A stretch of DNA of 64,000 nt. It comes from Peribolospora baueri. Lineage: Eukaryota. Positions 1-13,100 of the stretch are shown piece after piece. The notes under the pieces are model-generated. The model saw only the letters and a program-made list of their open reading frames with translations, made no database searches and had not been told where the DNA came from. A program made the position numbers and the translations under genes. Numbering within the stretch: the stretch's first letter is position 1; each line of letters opens with the position of its first letter. Where the stretch lies: NCBI GenBank assembly GCA_029717555.1, contig JAMDHS010000052.1, positions 1 to 64,000 on the forward strand, written 5' to 3'.

Positions 1-378
1 AAGGTCACAGAAGACATGGAGGAACGCATGCTCAAGCAGCGAGTCACAAAGGGTGGCCCGCAAAAGGCAAGTGTCGTCGGAGCTAGGAGCACCACGTTCG
101 CAATCCTAATCCAAGACATTTCCTAATTTCATTACAGAAAAGGGCAAAGATCGCGAGGGAGTTCCACGGAGCTAGCGTGGACGACGTAGAAGTGACGTCC
201 AGTCTGTTCAAGGCGGAAGAGGAGGATGGGAAGGAGGAAAGCATGCTCTTCTGTATGTTGAAGCGGCTCGTCTGTCTACAATGACCGAGAGGCTGACTTC
301 GGCATGTCCCTCTGACAGGCGTCCTCGAGGGGACACGCGAGCACGACAAGGAGACGCTCGAACGTCTCATCGTTCAGC

Positions 379-1269
379 ATGGAGGCTGCTGACAGCGACC
401 TCTCTCCAGCAGATCCCTTCGAGGTGTGCCCGTCGAGGTATTTAGCTGGGGGTTCTTCTGCTCATGGGGTCGAGCTGACCTTCGCTCGTACCAATCCTAA
501 AACTTCCCATTTCATCTGCATCGACATCAGTATTCAACACGCACGTCGACAATGGCTCAATCCTCTGTCAGCCCACCTTCAAGGCCCTATCGAGATCGAT
601 GTCGCTCCACCTAGCGTCGACAGGTTCAACGCGATCCCAGACGTCGGGAAGACCCATCATGTCTACTATGAGACGGCGGCTCTGCAACCTTCCCTGAACG
701 CATTGGCCACGGAGCTCGGCGTCGATGATAAGTGGAAGACTTGCACCCTTCACAAGCACTTCCCCCTCAAGGATGGCCACCTTCTTCTGATCTCGACAGA
801 GAAGCTCCAAGACGGTCAGGAAGTCGAGCTTGCTCGCCCCGTTGGCGCCAACAAGGCCGGCGCTGTGCACCCCATCTCTTTCTTTGTCGAGGCTGACGGC
901 ACCGTTCGCGCCTACAAGTTCGCCCCCGGCTTCCGAGCTCTGACCGAGGCCGAAAAGCGCTTTTTCTGCGAAGCTTCATCGCGCCTCATGTCCACTGGCG
1001 AGCACCAGCGCGTCTCCTTCAAAAGGCCGACTTCGAAGGAAGGTGTGCCGACCACCGAGTTCGAAATTCCTTCGCACAAAGCCACGGTTCTCTTCCCCCA
1101 GTCGTACGTGAGGCTCTGCTACGACGGCCCGGCGCAGGAGAAGGAGACAGCCAAGAACGAGACGCACAACCTGACCGTCAAGGGTACACACAACGTGCTG
1201 TTCAAGCATCAAGCCAACCCTCTCTCTGAGTGCGTCATGAGCGTGCTTTTCGCCGAGAGCAGCGCTTGA
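379..1269 (+). CDS. Hypothetical fungal protein
   Basis: 296-aa ORF with normal composition (FNAIPDV...CTLHKHFPL...PISFFV...AYKF); a short 5' intron is possible; no function recognised. Confidence 0.5.
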   Translation: MEAADSDLSPADPFEVCPSRYLAGGSSAHGVELTFARTNPKTSHFICIDISIQHARRQWLNPLSAHLQGPIEIDVAPPSVDRFNAIPDVGKTHHVYYETAALQPSLNALATELGVDDKWKTCTLHKHFPLKDGHLLLISTEKLQDGQEVELARPVGANKAGAVHPISFFVEADGTVRAYKFAPGFRALTEAEKRFFCEASSRLMSTGEHQRVSFKRPTSKEGVPTTEFEIPSHKATVLFPQSYVRLCYDGPAQEKETAKNETHNLTVKGTHNVLFKHQANPLSECVMSVLFAESSA

Positions 1270-1481
1270 GCTGCTTCAGTCAGACCCGTCCCTCTGGGTG
1301 ACCTGTATGCGCAACCATTCCGATTAGCCTTCGCTTTCGTTTCCATTTTTTGCCCGTACCATCTCCGCCCATTCCGTCGACCGCCGATTGCCGTCGACCG
1401 CCGAATGCGCCACCGGTGCACCGCCGACTGCCCTGCCCTGCACATCGTTTAGCGCGTGCATTCCTCTCTCAAGTGAATTAG

Positions 1482-2348
1482 AAGATCCTGCACATCATCT
1501 TCGAGAATGAGGTGTACGACTGGACGATGAACGATTCGTACTGGCAGCTCCTGGCAAAACGCGGGAAGACGTTGACCAACAGCCACGGTGTGACGCATCC
1601 GTCGTTGCCTAACTACGCCAGCCTCGTCGCCGGTGACTTCTTCGGCATCGCGCACGAGGATTTTTACAACATCAATGCTACGACCATATATGACCTGCTC
1701 GACGCCAAAGCTCTTGACTATGCTACTTATGTGGAGCAGTACGTACCCGTCGCCACGGAACGTGGCCCCAACGACTGCAACAATGCGATGTTCCTAGGGC
1801 CTCTGGACAATACCAACCCGGATTGGAACAGTCCGGTGTACCGCCGTTTGGACGTGCCTCCGCTGTTGTTCTCCACGTACACCAGCAACTACACTCGCTG
1901 CAGCAAGATCTACAACGCGACCGCGCAGTTTGATGCCGACGTCAAGTCGCACAAGCTGCCGCCCTACTCGTTCTACGTGCCGAACATGCTTCACAACGGC
2001 CACGACCCCGAGTCGGACAGCGACTACGCCCACCAGCCGACTACCTCTGGCATCTGGTTCAACGCCTTCCTGGACATGTACCTGCCCGAGTTGACAGCTC
2101 AGGGTACCCTGGTGGTGGCGACCTGGGACGAGGCTACGTGGCAAAACGACAGTGACTCTGTGCCAAACAACAACAACCACATCGCCACTCTGCTGTTCGG
2201 CCATGGCATCACTCCGAGCACCACGGACGACACGTACATCACCCACTACGGCACGATGCGGGGCACCATCACCAACTTTGGCCTTGGATCTCTCGGACGC
2301 AACGACACCAATGCCACCAACGGTGATCTGTCCTTGTTGGTTCGCTAG
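1482..2348 (+). CDS. Phosphoesterase-family (secreted acid phosphatase-like) protein, last exon
   Basis: KILHIIFENE, THPSLPNY, FYVPNMLHNGHD, TWDE and THYG motifs; many N-x-S/T sites; AG acceptor at 1480-1481. The upstream exon was not resolved. Confidence 0.85.
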   Translation, partial: KILHIIFENEVYDWTMNDSYWQLLAKRGKTLTNSHGVTHPSLPNYASLVAGDFFGIAHEDFYNINATTIYDLLDAKALDYATYVEQYVPVATERGPNDCNNAMFLGPLDNTNPDWNSPVYRRLDVPPLLFSTYTSNYTRCSKIYNATAQFDADVKSHKLPPYSFYVPNMLHNGHDPESDSDYAHQPTTSGIWFNAFLDMYLPELTAQGTLVVATWDEATWQNDSDSVPNNNNHIATLLFGHGITPSTTDDTYITHYGTMRGTITNFGLGSLGRNDTNATNGDLSLLVR

Positions 2349-3626
2349 GAGGATGTTACACGGTGTCAGCGGATGGACATCTTTCCGTTGACCGGCGCAT
2401 AATATCTATCCACTCTCTCACTGACACGCCATGGAAATGGATCATACCCCGTTGTTAGGAAAGGCTCCACACGACGCATCGCTCTACGCGAGCGTACGCG
2501 CAATATGTGTACCGTAGTTGGCCTGTTCGGCCATGTTGCGCGCAGCAGTCTCGGGCATGCGATGATGAGGAATACCAGCCTTTACGTCGATCGTCCCTAT
2601 CACATCCATTTTCCTTGTCCTCCCCTCCCGGCGCGGCTCCCCCTTCCTCCCCCCTCCGGTGGCCGGCGAGAGCTACGGCGGCAGAGGCGAAGGGGGCCGA
2701 AGACATGGAGAGGGCCAAGGCCGCTGTCGCGGGCACCCCTGCGGGCGACGGGGCAGAGAAAGGCGGCAGCGTGTTGGGAGGCAAGGACTACCTGAGCTTG
2801 TGGGAAAATGCCGGAGAAGAAGAACTGGAATGCGGCCTTCAGGAACGCACGGAGGCACCCTTTCGCCCAACACGTGCTGCCACCTGGTGACGCCGTCGGG
2901 GCGCGAGTACAGCGGCTGCGCTGCTGCGGCTGAGACTTTTCCTCATTCTTCCGTGGAATAGAAGTGGACAGTGTGAGGAGAGTCGGCCGGACGAAACAGG
3001 TGCTTGCATAGATACTGATGTAAGCAGGAGATGGCTGGTCCCACTGCTGCCGAATGGCTCTACTGCAAAAACTGCCATCAGGAGACTCATCCATATGGAT
3101 GGAGATGGCCGTTTTCTTTAGCTTGGCGCCTTGGCTGGCCTGGGCGGGACGATATGGTATTTTGAGAACCCGTCTTCGTCTTCGCCAAAAACCCGTGTAT
3201 GCCATTGGGCTGCCACAGGACTCTTGACGTCGATGTGACCACGCTAGTTTAGTGAGGCGAACAACTTTCACGGTCTTTGACGCCGGCGCTTGGGAAAGGT
3301 TCTCGCGAGATGGCATCCAATGCGAGACGTGGACAGTTGTCAAGAAAATGGGTTTGATTCTTGTCGGCTTCTCACCGCATCCCGGTTGCAAGCACTAGAA
3401 CTTTTGCTGTAACAATATATCCGTAGCCGTACTAACCCTGATCCGTTAGGATCGGGCGCCGGTCGACCAAACCACCGGTGTCTAGTCGATCGGACGCCAA
3501 AGACAAGAAAGAGCAGGAGGAGTGGATGAGGAGTGGACGAACGCCTTGACTGAACGAATGTTCGTCGTGCGTGACGACGGGAAGGCGAGCGTGAGAGATA
3601 AAGACAAGTACATCGCGATCGTCCAT

Positions 3627-6323
3627 TTAGTGGGCGAACGGATGCCCGGACTGGAACCGAACCTGTTGAGCGTCGCCTTGGGTATTGGCGCCGTTCGCGA
3701 AGACGGCATCTCCGACACGGTAATCGTCGCCGTAAGCGGAGGCCTCGAGATCGCGCGCACGGCCGAAATGAGAGTGGGCTCGTTGGGGTGACGCGATGGG
3801 CTCGTCGGGCTGAGAACCGTCGAGCGGCACCTGCGAACCTTCGGATCCAGCTTTGGCACCGGCATTAGACAGCGACGCGAGGTCAACGTCGTCCTGTCGC
3901 TCGTATCCGTACGCGTCCCTAATCGTCACGGTGAAAAACAGGGGCAAGCCGTGAATCGACTGATGGCGCGCCGAAGATCGGGTGCCGGCCTCACCTGCGG
4001 ACGACCTTGCTCAAGGTGATCTCGACACCGTCCCAGGCGTTGCCGTCGCCGCCACCTTGCGATCTACCGGGTTGCCTACCAGTCCCATCGTGCGAAACGG
4101 GACCTATGGCGGATTGACCTGGTGAAGATCCAAAGTGACGCCTCGGTAAGCGTTTCAGTGTGCCCGTGTCTCTGATCGTGGGAGGAAGACTGACCTTCGG
4201 TCCATCCCTGTATCAGGAGTCGTCGTAGAAAAAGAAGGAAAGAACAGGCGAATCAGACCAGCACTGTTGACCGTCGACCGATCTACGATTTGCTGTATCT
4301 CATCGGGTCCCCACATTCCAGAATTTTCCCTTCTCGGAGCTGGCGAACCAGTTGCCATCCCGAACAAGGCCGGTAGAAAGGTCGCTGAAGAGAAAGGTTA
4401 CATGGTGTCACATCGGACGGACGTCAGGGACATCATTCCCTCCTCATAAAGCAAGGTAGAAGAAGCAGGCAGCTCACCGGAAGGCAGTGCATGACACTAT
4501 CCGTCGAAGATACAGCGAGATCAGCCCCTGCGAAGCACGATGGATTTGCTGTACTGTGACTCACTGATGGAACTGGAAGGGCGGCAAAGCGAGCGAGCAA
4601 AGGGTCGCAACTGGCTAAGCTACAGCGTTGCTCAGCGGAAACGACTAAGCACAAGGACGACTTACGCGAAGGTGAGAGCAGCGATCGAGTTGATGAAATG
4701 CATCACTGTTCAGAAAATTAAGAGGATCGAAAATGTCAGCCGAAAGAACCGTCGATCCGAGGAAGATGCCGTGAGGTCCGAGAGCAAGGCGGCACGCACC
4801 CGTGTTGACGTTCGACCAAATGAGCGCAAGCGAGACGGTGTTGAATACGACGTTGACGCTGCCGTAGCCGAAAAGGGTGTAAAGGTGCCGTTGGCGATCG
4901 TGAGCCCGACGAGGCTAAGGCCTGGATGGCTGACGACGGCAGGGTTCTTACATGAAATAAGAAAGGCCCTGCTGGAACAAGATCGTGCTGATGCTTGAAG
5001 GGTTGGCGAGTTTGCTTTGCACTTTGAAGAGCTGCGAGGCAGGAGAAGATGGAGATAAACGGGTGTGCTAAGCGGGTCGGCCTAACAAGGGAAGCCTCGC
5101 CCACCTGGTACGCGGTCAGTGACAGAGTGAGGACGTCAATGACTATATGTCGAAATCAAGAGACGAAGGGAACGGAGCGTTAAGGGGTATGATATAAAGG
5201 CATGAGTTTGATCGGGGAAGCTGTCCTCCCGTACCTTCGGTCACGACATAGGGTGCACTGAAGTACGGGAAGACATGCATCGGTACGCAACCCTGCACAG
5301 GGGCACGGATGATTAGAATGAAGTCTGAGAGGGGAGTCCGAGGTGCGAAAGACATGAGCGGGCTCACGTTTCCGATTCCTTCCCATACGTTGACGATGGA
5401 CGTGCAGTTGTAGGACCAGGCGGCCACGAGACCGAGCCACAAGACACCGAGAAGGGCGATGACCCAAAGGCGTTTGCCCCAGACGGCGATCTGAACGGCG
5501 GTCATCGAGGTTAAGGAGCGAAAAAGGGGGAAGGGGTAGGTAAACAGGCCCTACGATGGCAGTCGAGCGAGACGCCGACTGACCGTACGGAGGACGAAGA
5601 TGGCGGCCGACATGTAGACGGAGGCGCCGGCGAAGAAGAGGATGGTGACGATGAGAGCTTCACAGTTCAAATAGGTGTCCGTCACGTTGTTGGTAATGAC
5701 GCTACGGGGGGCAGTGAAACGTCAACGGGGACGATGGTAGCACGGCGACTGGGACACATTAGGGACTCACACCGGAATGAGGGCGCCGAACGTGGCGAGG
5801 CGGCTGCCAAAGTAGAAGACCATGGGCCACTTAAACTTGATGCGGCCAGTGACGATCTTGAAATCGTACCAGGCCTGCGAAGGGTGAGATGGAGGGGGGA
5901 TGACGTGTCAGCCGGGATAAGCCGGGACATCGGAGGGATAAGCGGGGAATCGCAGGCTAAGCGGGGACAGGGATGGAAAGGAAATGCTGACGGAAAGGAT
6001 AAAGTCCCAGGTGCTGGCGGAGGGAGGGCAAAGGAAGAAAAAATGGTTGGCATGGATACTTGCAAGCTGGGTACGACAGCGATGCGATGTAAAGGACTCA
6101 CAACACTCCCAAGAGACAATACAAATAGGCCTGGTCTGGCGAATTGGGAAGACGACCGGTGCAGACGGGAGCGACGTGAGAGACCTGTGTATGTCTATGT
6201 GCGAGCTCAGAGACACTCACAGACTTTCATATCCATGGCCATTTCCTGTGGACTGTTCCAGTCGACCCTCGGAGCCAACGAAGGCGAGCCCATGGCGGCG
6301 GAGAACGGCTGCCCGGGCGACAT
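3627..6323 (-). CDS. Multi-exon 7-TM/GPCR-like membrane protein (DUF6533-like), copy A
   Basis: Exons encode TWDFILS, WYDFKIVTGRIKFKWPMVFYF, AVWGKRLWVIALLGVLWLG and TILFQQGLSYF; start, stop and most introns are conserved with copy B. Confidence 0.7.
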
Positions 6324-7479
6324 GAGACGGACGCGGGTGTGCGAGTCCGGCGGTGTCTGTCCTCAAGGCCGTCTCGACGGCGGGCACTGGCGGGTGTGCG
6401 ACAGGCTAAGGATGCTCGGGAGGAAATGAAGGGGGTCCGTGACGGACGGTGCGGCTGGGCAGGCGCTTTTGTAGGTCGGAAGGAGTGCGTCCGTGCGAGT
6501 CGGCCGATGGTCTTGGTCTTGGAAGGGATGGGAAGCGAAGCGAGGCGCAGACTGGCACATCTGCGCTCGCTCAGTCGCGCGACAAGGGACGGCCGCGATA
6601 TAAAAAAAAAAAGGAAAAGCCGACGTGGCGTCGACGACGTTCCAACACACACCCATCTCCAACCGCAACCACACCCAACGCACAACTCACTCGCATTCGC
6701 TGCTCTGCTCGCCTCCCTCGACGACCAGCTCGCTTCCCACCACGCTAACGCGCACCCGCTCGTGACTCGTGCGCGACGACGGCGCTTACGCCCGTCGTCG
6801 CTTCCCACGCAACTACCGGAAACACACTCGCTGCTCGCCATGGACGCTCGGACGATGCCTCCGGGCGTCCGGCAACGCAAAAGAAGAAAACCAGAACAGC
6901 GGCTCGAAGAGGCGAAGCGAGCGGCATGCCCACTCGCGGACATCCGACCCTAGTCTGTCTGCCGCACGACGTCGCCCACGCATTGCGGGGATCGCCGGTG
7001 CCATGACAGCAGCGGAACGAGATCCGGGCGGGGCCCCGGTGTGTCCCCATATGGACGCACCGCGCCTCTTCTCCGCGTTCCTGGCCATCGTCATAGGGAT
7101 TGGCGGAGCGAGGGAGGAGGGGTGGAATCTGCGACGCGGCCCAGCGCGCAGCGGTGGTTCAAGAAGAAAGAGGAGGGAGGACAGCGGAAGGCGGTCCTGT
7201 GACCGGCGATTTGCCCCCGACCTCCGACGCCGTTCTCCGCACCGAAACTCGGCGAGCGGAGGCGAGATGGAGATGCATAAGAACTTCCTCCGCTTCTCCT
7301 TCCACGTCCGACAACCCGACATGCTCGACCTTCTAACCTCCCCTACCAGCTTTCCACCGCCGACCCTCACCTTAAATTAAAGCTAATTAAGGGGGGTCGA
7401 TCACATCCGCCCACTTCGCTCGAGTGACATAAACACGCTGAGCAATCCGCTGTCCCTCGTTTTCCAGCGAACGTCGAAA

Positions 7480-10042
7480 ATGTTACATGTGACGACTGAA
7501 GCCAATCCCGCCCCTGCCTCGGCCCCGGCCTCGGCCGCGATGGGTCACGCTCCGACGCGCGAAACTTGTACCCCTGTTTGCTCTTCCCGGCAAGCACCAG
7601 CTCGTACGGCGCCAGCGTCAGCGTCGCGTTGTCGTCGTAGGCGATGCTCGAGAGCAAGAGAAAGTCCTGTCGAGGCTAAACACGGACGGGCAACCGTCAG
7701 ACCACGCCGTCCATGGGCTCAGGCTCACCGCCGCATTTTCGAAGACGACACGGGCCTCGCCTTGTCTCGGCCCACCCTCCTTATCAGCGCCGCCCATCTC
7801 GATCGACTCTACTGCCCAAGCCTCGTCGCCTTCTCCATCACCTGCTGCAGCTTTGCCTCCTGCGCCTCCGCGGGGAGACCAGAAACCAACACCGTCTTGC
7901 CTCGCGCGTCCGCGCGCGCCGTCTGGCCCGAGCCCGAAGGTCCGCCCGTCGCCTTCTGTGCCTTCGCTTTCGCATGCGGATCCGTAACCATGACGGACAT
8001 GATGCGCTTCTTAAATTGAGAGTTGTGCAGCTCGCGCATCGCAGCGCCAGCTTCGTTCTGCGATTCCAACTGTGGACCCATGCGAATCCCTTGCACGTCT
8101 CGTCGGCATTCAGTACCACGCGCATGTCCTTGACTCTCCCGTACTGCGATCGCGGAAATTTGCCTCTTTTTTTTAGCTTTACGCTCGGTCCACTCCAGGC
8201 TCCACCTCCAACTCACTTTCACGAACAACTTTTCCAGGTCCTCCTTTTTCACAAACCGACTCAGGCCCTGGACGAACACCTCTCGCTCGTCTAGCTTGGC
8301 ATCCGAACGCTGTTGCTTCCTTTCCGGGTCCGATATCCGTACGATCAGTGACCGGCCTGGAGCCACCTCGGCCCCATCGAGTTCCAGGGACGCTTGGCTG
8401 CAGTCTGAGGAAAAAAAAATAAGCAACCCCTGATCACGGACGAGTGCCGACCGTTGAGACGTACCGGCGAGTTAAACTGAAGATACGCGAAGCGACGCGA
8501 GCCCTTGAACCTCTTGCTTGGCCACCGCGTGTCGAAGATTATGCCATGCTGAAGGCTAAGGTCGAAGTGAGTGCCTTAAAGGATGCCTCCGGGACTACAA
8601 TCATACCTTACCTTTTCGAACCTTGACCGAAGCTCCTTGTCGTCCCAGTATTCAGGGAAGTTGGTGATAAAGAGGGTGCTATCTGACGCACGGTGAACCT
8701 CAATCTGAGCCCCATTGACGACTTTTTTGTCCTTCGTAAGCGCTGCAGGAACGTCCTCGCGTTGAGAAAGCTCGACCGTAGCGACCGTTTGATCCGCCTG
8801 GTCGTGAACACCTTGATTTCTCGAATGTCCCCGCACTGAAGAAGAAACAGACATGAGACGAACGTCGATGTAGTCACGGCTCGAAAAGATCAGGAGCCCT
8901 CACATCTCGAAACAGCTTGTTGAGCTCCTCTTGCTTTGTCCCTTTAGGCAAGCCGGCAACGAAGACTGTCGCATGCTCTCGATCGCGTTCGGGAGCTTTG
9001 GAGTCTGTTTCACAGGGATGATATGCATCAGGAAACGAGACGAGAACGTAGGACTATTCGAGAAGAACGCACCCGTCTTTGCACGCTTGTGACCAGCGCC
9101 GTCTCCGTCGCCATCATCGACAGCGGCGCCGACACCATCACTTCTGCCTTCTCCAGCCTTGCACTTTTGGCCCTTCGCCTCGCCTCCAGTTCCCTGTTCG
9201 GCCTCAGGAACCTGGGCAACATATTGGCTGGCGTAAGCCGCTTGAGCGTCCATAGCCTCCCGCATCTCCTTTTCACGACGGGCCTGTACTTTGACGCTCT
9301 CCCGAGAGACCTTGTCCGCCGCCTTCTGGTACTCCTGAAGAGAGCCGAAGTGACATGCGGAGAAAACGCTCTCGGGCCAGTCGACCTTGGGCTTTCCAGA
9401 CGCAGTCTCGTACGAGGAGCGAGAAATCTTGACGTTCAGCCGATTGGCCTCAAATTCGGCACGGCGGATCCAAGCCTCGGCGACATACTCGCCCGGACCG
9501 CCCTTTTGTACGATCGTATCCCACACCAAGGATGCATCGTTAAGATACTGATACCTTGATAACTTTAGTAAGGAAAGATGGCTGCGAGGTCAGATTGTGC
9601 TGATAGCCAGACTACCTCCGGGTCCCTGCCTTCTCCGTTCCCTCGCTCACCCAACTGATAAGGTACCGTTCCAGCCTGTACTGCGGATCACCCTGGGGAG
9701 CGAATGCTACGGCAGACAAAGATATTTAATAAACGAAGAAGAAAACTTCCAACTTCAATACGTGAGTGCGCAACGATTTTCTGATCATGTTGATGCTTTG
9801 GCGGAGCATGTCGGCGATCGTTTGGATAGCCTCTTGAGGCAGTTCTCCTTCTCCTGCAGTCCGGCGATAGTAGTCGACCCTTGTCTCGAGCACAGCGACG
9901 AATTCGTCCACGCTGTTCCGAACCTCTCCCGCGTCGACTGCCTCTTGGTAGTCGCGTGGGGCACCCGAAGGCGGTCACCATAAAGCTGGCGCAGACGGAA
10001 GATTGGCTTCGTCGCGATCAGACCTGTGTGTTGTCGGAAGAA
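7480..10042 (-). pseudogene. PRP24: Prp24/SART3-like pseudogene (5'-truncated, internally deleted)
   Basis: RRM and HAT segments match the copy at 23.4-27.3 kb, but exon 1 is missing, ~0.8 kb is deleted near 9950, WLQFEH is reduced to C, and there are frameshifts near 8808 and 9997. Confidence 0.85.
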
Positions 10043-10108
10043 CACGGGAATAGCCGGGCTTTCAGGAGGACGCGACGACGCGAGAGTTGGGGGCCCGACG
10101 GCGCCGTA

Positions 10109-13100
10109 TTACAGGATCCCATTCCATCTGACTGCCTTCCTCGTCCAGTGCCCCTCCTGACCGGGAATGAAGTCTCCACGAACAATCTTGGCCCTTCTCT
10201 TAACCCATCCTCCCTCAGGCCTTCCCGTCTGCGGTTTCGAAACGGATGTAGACGCCTTCTCTTTGACCGGGGCCGAAAAGAGAGCGCTCATGCACCAAGG
10301 AGGAGAGGAGCTCCGATCGGGCCGGGAGAGGGCCGCAGTAGAGTAAGGGCACTTGGTGGATGGGAAGGTTAGGGGTGCTGGTCAATGCTTCGAGGGAAGT
10401 GCCGCAGAACAGCGAGCAGTCTCGCTGCTCAACCTCCTGTTCTTCTCCCTCCTCTCCGCTCGAGCGCGACAGAGCCGCCCTCGTTCTCGCAGCAGGCGCC
10501 GATCCAATTAACTCCTCCAATCTCGCCCTGCTCACAAACTTGCCTTCCTTGCGATCGTATAGATCGCCAAGAACCGATCCGGCAGGTGTTCGTACGAGAT
10601 CGAATGGGTCGCCGAGAGCCACTCGCCAAAGAGGATATACCTTTCTGGAAAAGTACAGCTTCGGACCCCTTGACCGTTCGTGAGAAGGTAGAGGAGGGAA
10701 GGAAAATGCGAGGTGATCCACGCGTCGAGGTGCCGGAATTGTTCGTGGCTGGACGAACTGATGACGTGACTCCCGTTTTGGACATGAATTCCAAAAGGCA
10801 CTCCCATCTCATTGAGCGGAGCGGTCAACGAGGGAAGAGCAGAAGAGGGAGAGGTGGCAGATGACAGAAGCGAGAAGCCGATATTGGCACCATCCACTTT
10901 CTCTTCGATGACCACCCTCTCCCCCATTCCAGCCCAGTTATTCCCCTCCTTTTCGTCCAGGATTAGATCGTCCTTCGTCGCAGACCCGAGATTGATAAAA
11001 TGCGGCGTTCTGGGGAATTTGAAGAAACCGCCTCGCACGAGCCCGTCTGTCGGCTCAGTTGCCTCACCACCTCGCACGCGTCGTCGAACGAGCGCACAGT
11101 CACCACTGCGCTGAAGCCTTCGTCCAAAGAGGGCAGTTCGAAAGCCTTGGAGAAGGAAGTGATGGCCATCCGAGCGCGGGCGGGTGGTAAGGTGGGGTGG
11201 TTTTTATGGGTGTGGACGCGGCGTTCACAGAGACGAGCGGAATAGTCGAAGTGGACGCAGATGGCACGTTTGGGGTTGAACGCTAGTGCCAGCCAGGCCT
11301 GCCGATCGGCCTTGGTAGGGTTGACCCTGTCGAGGATGATGGTCTGTCGTCCCTTTCCTCTCATTCCCGCCCCTCCTCCGCCAGTTTTCTTGCCACCAGA
11401 TGCAGAAGCGACGGCGTTCCCGAGTGCAGCTTCACAAGCAGACCTCGAGCCAGTCTCATCCTGGCTGATCCTTACCCATCCTCCAGAGTCGCGCTCCAGA
11501 AGCCTCTTGCTGAACCACGTCTTGCCCGAGCCAGGCAGGCCGACGAGCATGACCAATCGAGGATGCCGATCCAGTCTTCCGACCATCTGAAATCCTTTGC
11601 CTTACGGTTCTCCTACCTCTTCCTCGTCTATTTCCGACGACATCGCTTGACTGTGCTCCTTCCAAGTGCGCTTCACGAACGTCTCCACAAACTCTTCCTG
11701 CGCTCGAGTCTCCACACTTCCCGGGCGCATCTCACGTAGGGCGGCAATGGCCGAGTGGCGGCGTCCATTTGAGGTGAGGGAAGAGTGCGAGGAAAGGAGG
11801 GTGGGAGCTTGGAAGGTGGCAGCTCGAAGCCGAATAGGGCGATGTAGCATGCCAAGAAGGTCCCTGCTCGGCCTTCCAGAGTGGAACCGGCGGCAGGAGA
11901 AGCGTGAGTCGATCAATAGCGTCGGGCCTTTTTTTGAATGACGACCAGCCTCGATTTTCTATTTTTCTCCTCACTCACCTTTTCCGCCACCACAATGAAC
12001 CAAGACCGCTCCATACCTGCTCATCTCGTCTCTCACGACCTCCAAAAACTTTTCCACCTGCCCCATCTCCGGCGGCCCATAGTTGGCCACGCTCAGAAAA
12101 GTATGCCTCACAATTCCTTTCACCTCCTTGCTCTCGAACCAAGACGGAGGAAGAGGCGATTCCTCTGTGAGGGTGACGACGTGCGTAATTCCCAGTCTGG
12201 AGTAAAGCTGGACGATGTCGGTGGCGTTGCGAGGGGTCGACATGCCTGCTAGGCGGAAGGGCACGATCCAGCGGAAGAAGCTGGGAAATTCGCATTCGTT
12301 CCAGGCTGACGGTATTGAGCTGGCTTGGCTCGAGTCGGCTAAAGACGTGGAGGAGATGTCATAATCGAATACGCGATGGAAGAGAGAATTGAGCGCTCTC
12401 GCTTCTTGAGCTCTCGGGCTATATTCTGGATAACAGAAGAGCACCAGGGTTGCAGCAGGGAACGAACGCCTGTGGCCAAGGCCGCAGGATCAAGGGCTTG
12501 GAGGAAAGGAAGGCTCGGCTGAGAATGGTAGAGATCGGAGTCTGTAACTGCCGCTCCGAAGAGTGATACCAAATGATCTGCCCCGTCTCCTCCTTCATCG
12601 CGAGCAGACCCATTCAGTGTAGCGAGCACAAAAACAGAGTTTGCTCATCGCGTGGTCGAATACTTTGCGAGCCTTCTCGTCGGCCTTGTTCACCTTGCTT
12701 ATCTGCTGATAGGCAAAGCCTTCTTCTTCGAGCTCCAACAGCTTGTACCAGCTTAGCATTGCCAGCTTCCTTTTTCCTTCCCTATTCGCCCAATCGGCCA
12801 ACCGTGGCCAGCCCCTGGAACCACTGGAATGACGAGAGACGAGAATGAGAGCGGCGTGTAAGGCGTGTGTAAGGTTTTGACGGGCGAGAACGTGCAGAAA
12901 GAGATTGTCGAGATGGAAAACAAGGGAGACTGAACTCTTGCATGAGCCGGCCATGGATTCAAGGCTCGCTCCCGGAGAAGCCTGGGTAATGGAAGAGATG
13001 CCCTTCTCGACATTATGCTCATCACACCTCGAAATGGTGATGTGGAAGTCTTTGAGCGGCAGGCCGTCCTTGCCGGGGTCGGAAGTCTTCGCTTGGCCGA

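Larger units (their letters stand above)
3430..10042. repeat. Segmental duplication, copy A (paralogous to ~18570-27000)
   Basis: Colinear same-orientation similarity over two genes and parts of the intergenic DNA, e.g. GGGGGTCGATCACATCCGCC at ~7392 and ~23264. Confidence 0.9.

Noticed and set aside
2455..3391. Several overlapping ORFs including a 263-aa one
   Set aside because: No recognisable motifs; likely spurious or unidentifiable debris.
6227..7380. Long Arg-rich ORFs on both strands
   Set aside because: Frames are not conserved in the duplicated counterpart (21.5-23.3 kb); treated as intergenic.
11587..11605. 19-nt GT...AG intron rescuing the stop in the RNA-repair gene
   Set aside because: Too short for a spliceosomal intron and would shift the frame; treated as a nonsense lesion or deletion remnant.
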